Assembly: GCA_000934665.2 (NCBI GenBank)
Contig: KZ537964.1
Location: 186,001 to 229,501 of the forward strand
Direction: 5' to 3'
Origin: Catajapyx aquilonaris
Taxonomy: Eukaryota
Length of the DNA stretch: 43,501 nucleotides
Shown here: positions 1 to 12,868 of the stretch, piece by piece
How positions within the stretch are numbered: the stretch's first letter is position 1
Layout: each line of letters starts with the position of its first letter
The notes under the pieces: generated by a model
What the model was told of the DNA's origin: nothing
Seen by the model: the letters and a program-made list of their open reading frames with translations, nothing else
The model's database searches: none
Position numbers and translations under genes: made by a program

Positions 1-2305
1 GGTAAAGTACCCTACAAGAATAACAGGACCAGCGACTAAAAGTATGGACCAAAAAAATTGCTCCGCACCTTCAATTCCTGAGCAATCCTGTTCCTGTTCC
101 CGTATCTTAAGAATTTCTTGACACCTGCAGGCTGGTTGGGTCCCGTAGGTCTGAGTTCCACAAAGTTGGCTCCTGGATGTACGTCAGGTCCATTGATGAC
201 CAGCTTCCTCATCAGTTCAATGTTAGATGGATTGACTCTGGCTGGGTAAGTCAACGTCTTGGCAACCAGCTTGGGCACACCCACTTCGTCTGCATTAAGA
301 TTTCAATGTAATTCTAAGTGATGTCACATGGCAGACACAACGACAAATCGAAGACTGACCTATCCTGAGGTTGGGGTCAGGAGAGATTACGGTACGGGAT
401 GTGAAGTCAACCCTCTTTCCAGAGAGGTTCCCTCGAAAGCGCCCCTGCTTTCCCTTCAGACGCTGAACAAATCCACGGGAGGCTTTCTTAGGCTGCATGT
501 TCGGGGGAATGCCCGAAGTCTCACTGTTTATGTACAGCGCACACTGAAGTTGCAGAAAATCCCAGTCCTCGTTAATCATCTGGACCTTAGCACCCGACTG
601 ACGATGCTTTACTATCACATCATTAAGGAACACAATCTCTGTCAGCTTCATCGTCAAGTCATCTTCATTCCTGACGTGAAACGCAGAAAGTGTTTTAATT
701 AACCATGCTTTAAAAACTAACGACTCGTTCCAGGAAAACTTACGTCCCAGACTTGAGATCCGAGATTACAGAGGGCCGAATGCAGATGGGAGGCACAGGG
801 ATCCTTGTGAGGATGAGATCCTTTGGTTTTCCATAGTCTGGATTCATGAGCAAGAATGGAATGTCCTCCTCTGGTATCCTCTCCAGAATATTCAACACCT
901 CTTGAGGATTCATCAGGTGAACCAGAGTATTACCCAGCAGTGTGTCTATCTCTTTATTAGCTTCTATGGCATCATCATACTCCGCTGGAAAAAGTTAAAT
1001 TAGAACACCCAGATTATTATAAACTCACGCAAGTGGACAAAAATTACAGTAAATAAAATTGTGACAGTGCAATGTGTGAATGTACAATTCTTAACTAATG
1101 TAGTCGAGTCTAGTATCCAGTTATTCAAACACTACAATTGGAACAATCACAGCGTGCCTCTGCACATATGAGATACGTACCTAGTTGCTCGAGAAGAGCC
1201 ATGTCATGCTTTCTGGCATTCCTGAATTTTTCATGCGATATCTTGAGCAACCCAGCCTTCTTGACTACTCCATTTCTATCCCCACAGGAGCTGCAACGAG
1301 TAATTTTCTTGCAGCGGTCCAGTATCTTCTTCCGAAGGGCCTTCTTAATCAAGTACGGCAGGTTGGGGTTCTGCACTTTGCTCCTATACTGAAATTTCTC
1401 ATCAGGTGGAAGTAGCATATTGGAGCAAGTCTAAAAGAGATAAAACCTCAGCTTGAGTTCCTCACACGTCATATGCAATACATATTTGTACGTGAGTTAA
1501 ATTCTCATTGCCGTAACAAGCTTCTTCTGGGATAAAACGGAATGAACGTAGGTCCAGACCAACCTTGCAAACACTCTGAAGAATGTTGATTACAGCACCG
1601 AAGTATCCAACATGAAAGACAGGCAACTCCAGATCAATGTATCCATAGTGGCCCACACAGTCAAACAGTTGCAGACCACATGTCGCACATTTGTCTTCCT
1701 TTTGGCACAAGCCCTGCAGAAAAACATATTGTAATGAAGACATGCACTGTCAAATCTCAATTATGGCAATTATGCTGTGACATGTCTGCATCATTATTTT
1801 AAAAATTGATGCGCTTTTAAAGTAATCATACTATTCTCCTAGTGAGGATGTCATAGTGTAATGAAGATGCGGCAAATTGCAGCTACCAATTAGTACTCTC
1901 TAAAATCCCAATTACGGCAAGCAAACTGTGACATGTCCGCCATAATTTCTACTGTGCGTTGAAGCAGCCGTACCATTCTCCTGTCGAGGATCCCAAATGG
2001 TACGGGCGTCCTCTGGGCATCCTGATTGTAGAGATTCTTGGCCACCACATGCAGATGTGCCTGCTGCTGCATCTGCTGCGCATTCTGGACCCCAAACTGG
2101 ACATGGGAGCTGCAAAAAATATCCCCCTAATTAGCTGAACACGGACATTTAAAAATGCATTATTATCACGTATAATTTACTGGAATCCATCTCAAGCCTC
2201 TTTGCAGTGGATTGTCCCCATGTGAATGACCCCCCCCGATGCAATGAAAATGTATGCTTACATCTTCCTGAGCACGTCCGTCTCCCTGAACTGCTCCTTC
2301 ACCAT
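1..2305 (-). CDS. POLR3A: DNA-directed RNA polymerase III largest subunit RPC1, 5' part; gene continues past the left edge
   Basis: Exons (minus): 2305-2262, 2109-1974, 1713-1564, 1430-1181, 984-744, 670-360, 289-69, all GT-AG with consistent phases. Protein begins [11 protein letters not shown] and contains the zinc site CATCG...[21 protein letters not shown], then [42 protein letters not shown] and [11 protein letters not shown], which are characteristic of RPC1. The acceptor beyond position 69 is uncertain. Confidence 0.97.
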
Positions 2306-3007
2306 CCTTGAGCTTCCCTTGGGCTGGCTGAGGGTCACCTGAGGTGGTCCAGCAGCATCCGAGGCGTGCGGTTGTCCTCCTGAGGAAGAGATGAACACAG
2401 TGCCGCATGCAATGTTGTTGGGGTGCGGAGGTGCGGCCCATCCCGACTCGCTCCCTCGTTGGTTCACGCCCGTCATGTGGCCTCCTTCCAGTGCAGAAGA
2501 GCTGTACAATTCTAACCCAATATGGCCACCACCTCGACTGAACCTTCCTTACAACGTGAACGTGCCTTCAAAAAGGACAAACATGGCGCCCAAATGGTCG
2601 GGGGTCAAATGTAGCGTAGCCACCCAGAGCAGTCAACTACACTAGCAGTTACTTACAGGTAGCTGCTACTAAGGCTGTTATACGCGATTTATGCTATTTA
2701 AAAATTAAAAAAACTGGCTGTTAATATCTATTTAATGAGAGTTTGTCATTAAAATGACATTATTGCAACATCGAGATTATCGGGGTAGAACTATTGCACT
2801 CCCAAAATTGGTATGTGAACTCCAAACTGCAGTGCTTGTGACATTGTGCAAGTGCACGTTGAAGATGCCCAGAGTGGCCAAATTTCCAGGAGGAGGACCA
2901 CCCCCTGGCATTGGTTTTTAGCCTTAAAAGCCCTTTAGCAGTAGAAGTAGGCCGACGTTAAGCTCCACTGATAGAAGTGTAGAGTATGGTTTGTACTAGC
3001 AGCAAAA

Positions 3008-3137
3008 GGCCGTGTTTACATGTGAGCGATGAAACCATTTGGTTCCAAAACGCGATTGTTACTTTCGCCGCAAATAATTTGTTTCATCTATCAGCGATGC
3101 TCATTGTTGATCACATCAGTCGCATGTAAACCTGGCC
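3008..3137. mobile_element. 130-bp MITE-like element, PIF/Harbinger-like ends
   Basis: Imperfect terminal inverted repeats GGCCGTGTTTACATG / CATGTAAACCTGGCC. Right flank is TAA and left flank AAA, so the TSD is imperfect. Confidence 0.5.
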
Positions 3138-4026
3138 TAAGGAATTCATTATGAGACGAGGAGAAAATTTCTGGAGGTAGGATTCATACAAATTGGGTTA
3201 CCAAAGTCTCGATTTTATTTCGTATAATATTGATGTTGAATTGGACATAGATTACCATAAAATACTCCGTTACTTACAGTCTAACAACTAGGAAATACAG
3301 TGGTGCAGGAAATGGGGAGACGAAACAGGTTAAAATGTTGGTGCAGCATTAAAATGTATCAATGAGTACTCAAAGAGCAGATGTTTTTGCACTTACGAAA
3401 AGTGCGCACTTAGGATCCTTTCAACACGTAACATCAATAAATAAATAAAAAGAAAACGAGAACCACTCACTTAATTTGAAATTGAAATCCTGAGACAAAA
3501 TTACTCGAGTCGTTAACACCCCCTATTTTTTGTAGCACCGTTTTCCAACAATTTAGACAAAGTGGACACTTATCTTGTACTAGAGTGCTTTTTTTTTGTA
3601 ACGATGGTCATGTAAGGTGAAGGGGCGTCTTTAGTTTTCAGGTACGTTTTAGCTTTAAAACGAAAGTTAAATCGAACCAGCAAAAAGACACTAATGAAAA
3701 AGGGGTCTCAGCAATTCAACTCAAAAAAGAGTACAACTGACATCTTTTCATGTGCATACTGGGTCGTTGGTTGGGTAGGACGATTGGAAAATGAGGGGGG
3801 GGATTCACAGTATGTAAGTCGTAAGTGTACAGACCTTATAAAGGCCACTGTCCATACATGAGGTAGGGGCAAAGGAAGTAAGCCGCTATTCAAACTTTGG
3901 CTTCCCTCCCTATCCTCCCCAAACCCTTCCAAATATACAGTGTATAAAATATGCAGGAGGGGGGGACTGGTGGAATTGCAACAAAAAAAATGCGGAATAT
4001 TGAAAAAACAAAATCCACATTTAGGG

Positions 4027-7000
4027 CTATGACTTAACATCATCCATAATTGCTACTGCCGTTTCACTCTCAAGTTCTGCTGCTATGCGTCTTTCACAAG
4101 CTTCCATCATCTTGATCGTCAGCTTAATCGCCTTCATTCCTTTCGTGCTGCATGCATTCTGAAATTATTACGGTGCAAATTAGTGTCACTAATTCCTTTA
4201 CTACCAATTGCGCAGAAAATGTCTAAATCTACATCTTTCCATGTCATCGCCGTCTCATTATAACAACCCCTTCGCACAGCATGTTAGTGGCATGATCTTA
4301 CCGTTGCTGTGAGCCTCATGAAGTCATACAACTTATTTAGAACCGCAATCATAATCTTGTAATTTTTGTCAGGTAGCATACTTCTCACTTCCATCTGGTA
4401 GGCCTGCAAAAGATTTTGACAAACAATGAATCATAATATGTGCCTAACAAGCACCTTATGCTGTGCTCCTTGCAATATGTACATCTAAAAAAATTACCTC
4501 GTCTTCCATCATGAGGTAACCAATGAGCAAGGCAACATAAGCTGCAATCATGGTGTTCTCCATGTGTCTACCAGCTTTTTGGAGCACTGAAAATGGTGTA
4601 AACCTGTTATGCATAAATGTTCATGGCAGCACCCCCCAAAAATGTCTTTCTGGACTCTGCACATCACCTGACTGGCCCAATTATATTATTCAACCACATT
4701 CCAGTTTTCAATATTTTCCCAAAATTCGCAAGTCCTCGAGGGAAATTTAAACAGTGGCTTACACTTGGCAATAGTTTCCTCGATGAACTCTTCTTGGCTC
4801 TTCTGCTTCTCCTGCTCCGCCTCCACCTCATCTTTCTTGCCATCCAGGATATCATCTGTTTTAGCCTCCTCTACACGGGCACTTGCCTCCTTGACGTAGA
4901 ACAACTCAATCAGGGCCTCTACGGCACTCTGCTTTTCTGAGGAAGAAAAAGTCACTTTAGTCTCCAACTAATTTTTTAACCCAACTAGCCTCTCGATTTT
5001 TTATTACTATTTATTTTATTTTTTTATTTGCCCCTTGATAGCCGCAACGGCAACTAGCCTCTCGATTCAAGGTATCTTAACAGTTGGAACTGTATGACGT
5101 AATCCAAGATAACATTGTACAACATATTGGGCCTACAAATTGCATTGTATCCTTCAAAATACCCCAGGAATGAAAGTCAACCATAAAACCGGCCAGGCCG
5201 TGGACTCTTGGCTTAAGAGCAGACACTTCAGAACTCACTCTCAAAAAGGGAGTCGTGCAAGGGTGGTGCCTGGCAGGAAACGAGGGCCTTCCTGTTGTCA
5301 TCAACGTTTTCCACCAGGTTGATAATTAATCCCGTGGACAAAATGATCACATCAAACTTCTTCTCCTCGGGAACATAATCAGGGAGCCGCAGAAGGCTGT
5401 TCAGTGTGGTGTCTATGAAGCCTATTTTCCGTCCTGCCATCAGACTGCCTATCGCTAGGGTGAGAAAAATAAAATAAAATTCATCAATATCAACAGCATA
5501 AGACTCTGGCCCCACAAAATTACATAATTTTAATTACGCATTGTCATCATATGTTATATCCATCCACAACTCAGAACAGACAAATGCACATGCATTGCAT
5601 AAGGACCACTTGGCAATGTAGGACTTACAGTGGTTGCTGAAATCATGTGTGAGGTTGAGGAGAACCTTCATGGTGGAAATGAGGGCCTCCCTGACAAAAA
5701 CCCCAGTGGACTCCTTGTCATTGGGGTCGATGGTTGGGTAAATGCGAATTTCCTCGCTGCAGATTCGGAACAGCTGATACACTACAGTCATGACCACACC
5801 ACTCTTGTGCTGCAGAAGGTACTCCTGGTTCTCCTCATTTTGCAGCGTTACCTAATAAGCCAAGGTTGCTTGTAACTCGCTTGTAACACATTACAAATAA
5901 CGCTTGTAATAAAATAATACATTTAAAAAGTAATGGAAGTATACAGTGGAGCATCGATTATCCAAATACCGAACAACCGAAGCACTGGTTAACCGAAGGC
6001 GTTCGAGTCGGCAAATTCAAAGGACATGGCACCATCCTTATCGGAAATGGCTTTCGGTTAAATTCTCCCAATTTTTTATATGTTGTAGAAAATAAATTTG
6101 TATTCAATTCTTAACATTGCGCCAAGACCTGAAAATCATCAGGTCACCCGCTACATCGGGTCAAAGGGCAGTCTACACTGTTCCCTCATAAGGTCCATCA
6201 AATGTGGTACCAACGGAACGGGCTTGATTAGCTGGTTCTGAAAAACTCCACATGTTGACCCCTGTGACCTATAGGTCACACGCTACTTCGGGTCAAATAT
6301 GCAAAATATCGTTCCCTCAATTGGCCCATGTGGAGTTTTTCAGAACCAGCTAATCAAGCTCGTTCCATTGGTACCACATTTGATGGACTTTATGAGGGAA
6401 CAGTAGACTGCCCTTTGACCCGATGTAGCGGGTGACCTGATGATTTTCAGGTCTTGGCGCAATGTTAAGAATTGAATACAAACTTATTTTCTACAACATA
6501 TAAAAAATTGGGTGAATTTAGCCGAAAACCATTTCCTATAATGGTGGCGTGTCCTTTGCGCGCGAGATAGGTGGCAAAAAAAACGATCTCAGCTCTGAAG
6601 CAAAAGAAAATACATGTATCGGACTTCTTTTCCTAAACTGTAGGCCTACTTTTTATGTATGTAGTGTACTGTACACTACTTTACGTAAGGTATATGTATT
6701 ATTATGGCGTGACTGTGATACAAAATATACAGTTTTGTTTAATATCACTGATTCCTTGTTTCATATTGTTCCGGGGAGGCGAAGTGGCGCTGCGGTAACG
6801 TATGCGCCCGCGGATGTTAAGGTCCCGGGTTCGAGCCCAACCCGGGGTTTCCTCCCTTCATCTCGCGCAGAGTAAGACCGTCTCTGGCTTCGTTTCGGGT
6901 GGCGATCCTTCCACATATGCCACCCGGGGGAGTTCACAAAACGGCACATCAACGTCTGTGCACATGCACTTTGCACATCCCCTCCCAGTTTCCCTGCCCG

Positions 7001-10000
7001 TGGGTCCGGGCGTATTCAAAAATAGACAACAGCCCTTTCCCTCCAATGGTGGTAATCCACCCCCCTATAGACGAAAAAAGGTCATCACGGGGTACTTCAA
7101 AAAAAATATTATAATAATAATATTGTTCCTATGACACCAGCACCAGTATAATTTTTTTTAATGATCGGTTATCCGAACACACCCAGTCCCCCATTGTTTC
7201 AGATAATAATCGATGCTCCACTGTACTGTTGTTTTCCTCTCAACAACACATTCGCACCTGAGGTTACAAATAAGACTAGGACAACAAAATGGTACAGTAG
7301 AAATGATAGTCACTCACATTCTCAAGGACCCTGAGGCAACGGTCAACCTTCCTCAGCTTATCGAGATAGGGGTCTGTTCTCATGTCGAGATCATTGACCC
7401 CAGACAGGAAGGAGATGCAGTCACACAGAGTCTGCACTAAATGGTCCAGGCCACCCAAGGTCCGCAGTTCTTCCTTAAACCACTCTCCAGCTCGACGAGA
7501 CGTTAAGCTCAGGAGCGTCTCCATTGCAAGTTGGCCAGCCTGTGGGTCAGAAAAGATCAAAAAGTGCAAAATTATCCCAAAATAAGACATGCAAGAAGTA
7601 AATGCAACTAGAAGTGTTTTTACTCTCACATGACAATGTTTTCACGTCGTCATGCAGGCTTTTCTAACCAGGGTTTTATTGTCATTCTAAGTTCACACTC
7701 TTCACTCACAGTTATGTTGTCTAGGTTGAGGTGCTTCGCATGTCCTTTCTCCTGCATCTGCCAGCAGAGTTCCCTCACCCGTTGCTTATTCTTCAGCAGC
7801 TCGGCTGGAAGGACCACATCTTTGGTCAGAGGTGTGGGTCCACCACTGCTGTTGGCACTGGCTGTGGGAGAGGCAGGGGCAGCCTCTTCGCCTCCATTGC
7901 CATTCCCACCATTGCCATTGTTGCCTGGAGCAGAGGCAGAGTCCGTGTCCAGGAGGTTGAGCATCAGCTCCAAGGAGTCCCTGTCGAGGTCCATGTTGAG
8001 GCGGTCCTGACTCAGGACAAACATCACTGTGGCGGTACACAGCGAGAGGGACTGCGGAGAAACCACATGTTTTGTAGAACATCACAACCAATAGGCGACT
8101 TTTTCCCGGTGAACTACAAGTGCGAAATAATAAATTAAATTACAGGGTTCTTTGGAGAGTCATTTAAGGCACGGAAAAACTTCGCCACAGTTCCATGAGC
8201 TCTGACATGCATTCGAAAGGCAGGAGCCATGCACTTGGCCGCCAAGGACACAGCAGAGAGACACCTGCAAGACAAAGCAGTGTAAGACGCTTTCATTGGG
8301 ATCCCTTAGGCTTACAAAACCCAGAAACGCAAAATCATAAATCACATCGAATACCTGGTGGCAATGGGATTATTCTCCTGCAGTGCATCCAGGATGTATT
8401 CCACATCATCATTCAGTTCTTGGAACTCACCTGATTCCTGAATCTGGTGTGCATTTTTCACATTGCGTACCACAGTGTAATACTGAAAAAAGAAGAACAC
8501 CATGACAGAAGGGATTCAACTGAAATGAGTAATGAAGTGGTAAAATATCTAACAACGCTGTAGCAAACATCAACCTGCACCTTCCTAAACTCAATTATGA
8601 GCTTTTGTTAAATTACCATTACCAGTTTGCACTACCATAGTGGTCATTTTCAGTTATCAAATCCTATTACACTAATACACACATTACAAAAATGATGACA
8701 CTACTCACTGCCTTAGCAGTCCGATTGATCTTGACCCTGGTGACAGGATCAGGCATAGTCTCGTCCAACTCTTCCTGCACTGACGCACCCAGTTGTGCAC
8801 TCTCGCCAGCAGACATGGGCCAGGTTGTCACACGAGTCAGCTTCGATGGTGAAAACTCATCATCTTCATACTCTGCAAACTTGTTCTTCTCAGAGGCCGA
8901 TTGTACAGGCTGCGAGCCTGACATCCCTGCAGCTGCAGCGGCTGCAGCTGCTGCACCACCATCATCGTGATGCCACAGCTTGTGCTTGTACAGCCCCAGT
9001 CTTTTCTTGCTTCCCGCATTGCTCAAGGTGCGGCTCTTGAAGATGCTACCCTTCTTCTTACGCCCTGGGACAGCTGGGGGTTCAGGCTGACAGCCTCGTT
9101 CTGGGTCCTCGCACTCATCAGGAGCAGGTTCTGGATCCTGTTTCTCTTTACGATGGCGGTGATCCTTTGGTTGGTCCATAGCTTCAGCATCCATGGCGTC
9201 CATAACTTTGGTCATCTGTAAAATATCCTTGGCAGCCTCAACACAATCCGCTGGTATGGCATCAGCATCTCCAACCACCTCAGCAATGCGGCGTTCCAAA
9301 GCTGCATCCTCTGCCTCCTGTGCTTCCCTTAGGTTAGTCAGCTTGTCAAACACATCGTCAGTTGTTGGTGCAGGTGCAGTGTCACTAGGAAGAAACCACA
9401 TAGCAGTGCCAGAGGCTGGGTGTTGTGGTGCGGCACTGCTCTCAGATGGGGCACTACTTTTGGCCATGGAACCAGCCTTGTCATCCGAATCACTGTCAGT
9501 GTCAAAGTCACTCTTGCTCTCCATCAGCTGACGATTAACACTCAAGGCCAGTTCTTCTAGGCTCTCCGTCGAGTCTTCTGGAGCCACTGGAACGGAAGGC
9601 TCTACCAGCACCGGAGCAGGTGGCACATCTGGGACACTGGGAGTGCCAACTGGTACCTCTGGAACACTGTGAGTGCTTGGACCAACAGATGCAATCTCCG
9701 GAACACTGGGAACATCAGGAATCTCAGGTGAGACCTCTGGAACACTCTGAATGTGTGGAATAACAGGTGGTGTTTCCATAGACACAACACTTGGCATTTC
9801 AGAAGATGGAACCGAAATCCGAAGAGGTGGAACAGTTGGTGGCAACGTAGCCTTTGGATCAGCTGGTATCTCACTAGGTGCAACCTCTGGCAAAATATCT
9901 GTAACCATAAGGTCGGAAACTACAGCTACTGCTGGAAACACTGGCTCCGTCTTCTCTTCGACTGGAGTTTCACTAACAAAATTGGATGTGGTCTTGTCTT

Positions 10001-11161
10001 TGAATATTCGCAGCTTGATGGGAGGCTTGTCAGTGTTGTTTGTAGGCCGCTTCGGAAACACCTCCGCAGGTGGCATTGCTGCTGCTGCACCACCACTTCT
10101 GTGCCTCCCTTTGCCTTTCCCATCAGTGCCCCCGGAAGTGAAGAATTTCTTGGCACTGTACTGACGACTGTGGTTCTTCCTCTTCTCAGGCTGACTGTGA
10201 ATGGGTAGTGGAGGAGAAAGTCTGTCTGAAGCAGGTGCCGCAGCCTGATCTGCTGCCCGACTCTTAAAGAACTTCCTGGGGCGAGCCTGGGGCACAGCTG
10301 GCTCAGAGGCGCCAGCTGAAGGCATACCTGTGCCGGAGGTATCATGGTCAGCATCAAACATAAAAGGGTCCTGTGAGGATGGTTCATAAGTGTGCTGCTG
10401 TGGCTGTGGCCTACGAGGGATGTCCAACTTCCTCCGTTTGCTCCCCACATGGTCATAGCGACCTTAAAAAAATAAAATTATGATTAAAATATAAGTCAAA
10501 AAGACTCCACCTGTACACTTTTACCACGTGCAGCCATAATGTGATTGGCTTTGCAACAACTGAAGAATATTTTTAAATAAGCTATGGGCAAGTCCCATGA
10601 TTGTATTACAAATTTGCTGTTGCAACATGTTACTTCTGGCCAGTAACTTCTGCTAGCTGAATTTTACAGGGTGATGGGCTATCGATGCAGTGCCACTGGT
10701 CCGACTCTCAGGAGATACATCCTCTATTAATAATCACACTCTAATCAATCCGTGCAATAAAAGACAGTCACATCTCCTATCAAAGGATCTAGGTCACTCT
10801 ACTCATCATTTTACTTGCAAATGTCTCCTTGTTTAGAAGCCATGCCACATATGCTATCATTTAAAAAAACGAAAATAAAAAAGTCACACAAAAAAAAACG
10901 TAGCATTGTGAAATGCATCCATCAACATGTACAACTGGCCTGCAGAGCTGAAGTTTTCATTAATATATTATACGCACCGGTGCCGTTGATGTTGGTGCTG
11001 CGAATGGATGTGAAGGAAGTGACACCCCATTTCCCTATGCTCCCTGCAGACTTCGTGGCCGAAGGCCGGGTGGCATTTTCACGGAACAAGGTGTCAAACT
11101 GGACGTTGGCATGGGAATGATGGGAAAGCTTCTTCCCATATGACTTGCTGTACCTAGACAT
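4027..11161 (-). CDS. WAPL: Wings apart-like cohesin release factor, about 1228 aa, 12 coding exons
   Basis: Exons (minus): 11161-10978, 10462-8709, 8482-8355, 8264-8144, 8051-7710, 7539-7318, 5851-5629, 5454-5239, 4936-4763, 4586-4498, 4403-4302, 4158-4027 (TAG); total 3687 nt, in frame. WAPL-domain motifs: [116 protein letters not shown]. The N-half is long and low-complexity. Confidence 0.96.
4999..5050 (-). mobile_element. Severely 5'-truncated retroposon 3' end (52 bp) with 17-bp TSD, in a WAPL intron
   Basis: Exact direct repeat CAACTAGCCTCTCGATT at 4982-4998 and 5051-5067. The insert reads CCGTTGCGGCTATCAAGGGGC followed by an A-rich tail on the minus strand. Confidence 0.75.
6018..6558. 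repeat. Long inverted repeat (foldback), arms about 235 bp with a 72-bp spacer
   Basis: Arm 6018-6254 is the reverse complement of arm 6327-6558, with about 10 substitutions and 2 small indels by manual alignment. The spacer contains the perfect palindrome TGTGACCTATAGGTCACA. Confidence 0.95.
6773..7119 (+). mobile_element. tRNA-derived SINE with 10-bp TSD
   Basis: Starts GGGGAGGCGAAGTGGCGCTGCGGT (A-box-like), has B box GGTTCGAGCCC, and ends in an A-run plus (ATA)n tail. Direct repeat ATATTGTTCC at 6763-6772 and 7120-7129. Confidence 0.85.
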
Positions 11162-12868
11162 TTTTGCACCTAATGGAGGGAAAGAAATTTGTTTAATCTT
11201 AGTAACTTGACACATCTTGTAAACAGAGTACAAAGAACAGGCATGGAAGCCAAACACATACAGTGCTAACCCATTTTACACAATGCCAGCATCATATTAA
11301 CTCAAATATAATCGGCAGACCGGGTGACTGCATCAGCAAATTCCTCCTTTTCCTCCCTACATGTTCACATTCCTTGATAAGAAAGTTTTGCTGCATGGTT
11401 GCATTTGTCATAAGAAATAATTGGAGTGGAGAAAAGGATCTCGATACGTGCCCATCAACAGGTAGGAGGGTCACAAACTGCCAGATCAAAGTCTGTATTA
11501 TATTGTTGGCTTAATAAAATAATGGCTTTAAGTGTGGGCACTTCCCTTCAACTGCTTTTTTAACATGCCTTATGAACAGCTGGATCACCGTAAATGCAGC
11601 AAGTCCAAGTGGCATCGCAACAATGAGCTGCAAATTATGGCCTAAGTCATGTAACAACACATGGTGCCAACAAACAATGCAACCTGTAATTGCCGGCAAG
11701 TGTTCAGGAAATTTCTGCCACAACGACAGATACTGTCGGTAATATGACAAGGCAGACGAGAGGCACGATTCAAAGACCTACAAGGTCAGCCATACAGTAC
11801 ATCACATTTGTAGGGAGGAGGTGCATGTTACTAAACAACAATTGCATGAAAGATTACATTTACCAGAGCCATAACAGCTTCTAGCTTCAGGTTTCTAACT
11901 CTGTTGTTATTCAGTATCAAGCCCATTACAGCTGTACAAGAACACTCAATTCATTCATCCAGTTATTAAATAGAAATCTCAGCCAGGCTGGAGAAGATAA
12001 GCACCCTTTGCCTAGGAATGTCATGATTATGCTGGAGGCTCAAGTTTTTACAACGCAACCGGAGGCAGTCATTGTAAGAGATAAGAATGATGAAAAGCAA
12101 ATTAAACTGAGTTTTATCTTATTTCATACCCATTTCATCCTTGCTTTTTTTGTTTTTTTGCATGTGTTTACTAAGTCACCTGGCAACAGCTGGTTGGGAT
12201 ATAGGGAGAGAGAAGGGAGGAAGGTCTTTTCCCCTGCTTATGCAGCACTAAGGTCAAAGGGTTGTTATTATTAGCCACTAGTGATGCAGTCACCATGGTC
12301 ACACTGATTCAAAGAAGAAAAAAAACATCTGCTGCTTCGGTATCTGGGCATGTCCTCATTGGCCATGCAAAGTACTGCAGACTAATGTTGATGCACCTAA
12401 ATTGTTAGAAGTAAACAAGGGGTAAGATGCTACCAGTGTCTGGACTTGTAATCAGAATTATCAGAAAGTCGGCAGCAATGGAGATGGCACCATCGAGACC
12501 TATGTAGGACAATTACTGATGGGCCGTAAATGGTGTATAATACCCAAAGAACTTGCCAAACTTGATCTGGACACTAGATGTAGTTTAATAATGGAGTAAT
12601 TTATTCATTGCCCTCAACACTTTCGATACGTTTCCATAGCACCCCAGTGATCCAGAGTCCACGCTAAGGTCACAGTTTAGGAAAGGGTAGGTTGGGGTAT
12701 GTTAGATTAGGTGAGATAGGCTTAAATCACTGTCCAAGATGCAAAAGCAATGAAATCTTTCATCGTACTACTGACCCACTATCATCATCATTTTGCTCTG
12801 GCATAACAGTGACATCACAAGCCTTGAGCTGTCCGTCACGTTTTTTAATACAGTCATCAGTTGAGACA

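Larger units (their letters stand above)
5944..7223. mobile_element. Non-autonomous Tc1/mariner-superfamily (pogo/Tigger-like) element with TA TSD, in a WAPL intron
   Basis: Perfect 17-bp TIR CAGTGGAGCATCGATTA at 5944-5960 and its reverse complement at 7207-7223. TA lies immediately outside both ends (5942-5943 and 7224-7225). No transposase ORF. Confidence 0.8.

Noticed and set aside
6773..6850. Possible tRNA gene
   Set aside because: A and B boxes are present but there is no cloverleaf. It lies within a TSD-flanked, A-tailed element.
11511..11750. 79-aa ORF with a hydrophobic stretch in the WAPL 5' intron
   Set aside because: It starts with TTG, has no recognisable homology and shows no coding-like composition.
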